From NCBI RefSeq assembly GCF_044704955.1, contig NC_092007.1:5022001-5086000 (forward strand): a stretch of DNA of 64,000 nt, read 5' to 3'. Positions 62,901 to 64,000 of this stretch are shown piece by piece. Each line of letters starts with the position of its first letter. Position 1 is the first letter of the stretch. Source of the DNA: Pristiophorus japonicus (taxonomy: Eukaryota). The translations under genes and the position numbers were made by a program. Below the pieces are notes generated by a model. That model saw only the letters and a program-made list of their open reading frames with translations. It was not told the DNA's origin and searched no databases.

Positions 62901-63915
62901 GACGTTGAAGCGACTTGTTGAGCAAGTCCCTGAAGTCCTGCCACATGAAGATGTAGAGAACGGGGTTGATGCAGCTGTTCATGCAGGCCAGGCTGTAGCT
63001 GAGAGGGACGCCCACGCTGAGTACCAGGGGCCATGGCTCCTCGCGTAGCTGCAGCAGCCTGAGGATAGAAAAGAAGTGGTAGGGCGCCCAGCACAGGAGG
63101 AAGGCCAAGACAACGCTGGCAATGACCCTGAATAGTTTTCCTCTGCTGGGCGCCAGGCGGTCCCACCTCAGCCGCAGCCCAATGATGGCATAGCTGGCGG
63201 CGATGACCAGGAACGGGAGGAGGAAAGCGCCGAGGAAGCGGGAGAGTGTCACCGCTCGGTATCGGGCATAGCGGAGGTTCTCCGCCTGCTTCAACACCTC
63301 CCGGTGTTCCTTGTCTCCGTAAACAGTCATGTTCAGAGCCGCCCTCTCGCTCTGCAGCAGGTAGTTGTGGTTACACATTGTGCGATTACCCGAGGACACC
63401 GTGTCGCAGAAGACGAAGGTCAACATGCTAAACATGGCGGCCACCACCCAAACCCCGAGGCTGAGCTGGGTGGCCAGCCGCGGGCTGCGGTGGTTCCTGG
63501 ACCAGATGGGCAACGCTACTGAGATGCAGCGATCCACGCTGATGGCGACCAGAATGAAGATGCTAGCGTTCAGGCAGAGCGCAAGCGCCCCGCTGTTGAG
63601 CTTGCAGAGCAGCCGGCCAAAAGGCCAGTTGAAATCCAGGGAGAATTCGGTGATGAAGAGCGGGAGCAGCAGAGAGACGGTGAAGTCAGCCACGGCGAGG
63701 CTCAGCAACCAGACTGTGTTGGCCGTTCTCTTCAGCTTGAAGCCGGTGGCCCAGATGACCAGCCCGTTGCCCAACATGCCGAGGATGCAGTTGGTGATGA
63801 AGATCGCATTGATGAAGGCATACATCGCATGGTGCCCGCTGGAGTAGTCTTCAGTCACCGAGACATGGTGCAGAACCTCGCTAGATTGGGTCAGCTGAAT
63901 TTCCTCAGGCTCCAT
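62866..63915 (-). CDS. Class A chemoattractant GPCR (chemerin-like receptor 1 / C3aR / FPR-like), 349 aa, single coding exon
   Basis: GNGLVIW, LSLAVADF, WPFG.LLCK, ISVDRC, P.WSRNHR, CWAPYH, NSCINPVLY; seven hydrophobic segments; GC-rich relative to flanks. Confidence 0.93.
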   Translation of the reverse strand: MEPEEIQLTQSSEVLHHVSVTEDYSSGHHAMYAFINAIFITNCILGMLGNGLVIWATGFKLKRTANTVWLLSLAVADFTVSLLLPLFITEFSLDFNWPFGRLLCKLNSGALALCLNASIFILVAISVDRCISVALPIWSRNHRSPRLATQLSLGVWVVAAMFSMLTFVFCDTVSSGNRTMCNHNYLLQSERAALNMTVYGDKEHREVLKQAENLRYARYRAVTLSRFLGAFLLPFLVIAASYAIIGLRLRWDRLAPSRGKLFRVIASVVLAFLLCWAPYHFFSILRLLQLREEPWPLVLSVGVPLSYSLACMNSCINPVLYIFMWQDFRDLLNKSLQRHNSQGTQILRN

Positions 63916-63929
63916 TTCCGATGTACCAC

Positions 63930-63975
63930 CTGAAGAGATGGAGAGAGAAAGAGAGAGGGGGGGGGGGGGGGAATG
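63930..63975 (-). promoter_or_regulatory. Splice acceptor and polypyrimidine tract upstream of the GPCR ATG
   Basis: C run plus ctctctctttctctctccatctcttcag|GTGGTACATCGGAAATG; the exon begins at 63929, 14 nt before the ATG. Confidence 0.75.
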
Positions 63976-64000
63976 AGAGCGGGAAAGAGAAATGGAAAGC

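Noticed and set aside
63246-63847. Plus-strand ORFs overlapping the GPCR (and similar antisense ORFs over Ig exons and CR1 ORF2)
   Set aside because: These are antisense shadows of real coding sequence.
62866-63915. Assigning a definite gene symbol (CMKLR1, C3AR1, FPR) to the GPCR, or SIGLEC1/CD22/MAG to the Ig genes
   Set aside because: Family membership is clear, but orthology cannot be determined without phylogeny.

Overview
Eukaryotic vertebrate genomic DNA, most likely a cartilaginous fish (inferred from dense CR1 LINEs with (TTTCTATG)n tails, DeuSINE/SacSINE-like elements and their minisatellites). Positions 1-~28.9 kb are a recent ~13.55-kb tandem array (unit A 1-13558, unit B 13559-27096, unit C from 27097). 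Each unit carries a minus-strand 7-exon Siglec-like Ig receptor gene: signal peptide, V-set, three C2/I-set domains, a transmembrane helix containing Arg, and a very short tail (~463 aa). The V domains have the Siglec cysteine pattern but Ile in place of the essential sialic-acid-binding Arg. Copy A has a broken exon-3 splice acceptor. Copy B has lost the Ig core Trp. Copy C is a chimeric pseudogene whose 5' part is an older, diverged paralog. The rest is nested transposons: a full-length CR1 with esterase ORF1 and 80-bp TATA-containing 5' monomers, an L2, a Gypsy element split by two CR1s, SINEs, TE-derived minisatellites, and a Penelope-type hammerhead relic in a Siglec intron. The window ends with a single-coding-exon chemoattractant-type GPCR (CMKLR1/C3aR/FPR-like) whose C-terminus and stop codon come from a CR1 fragment. 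All comparisons were made by eye; no searches were run.
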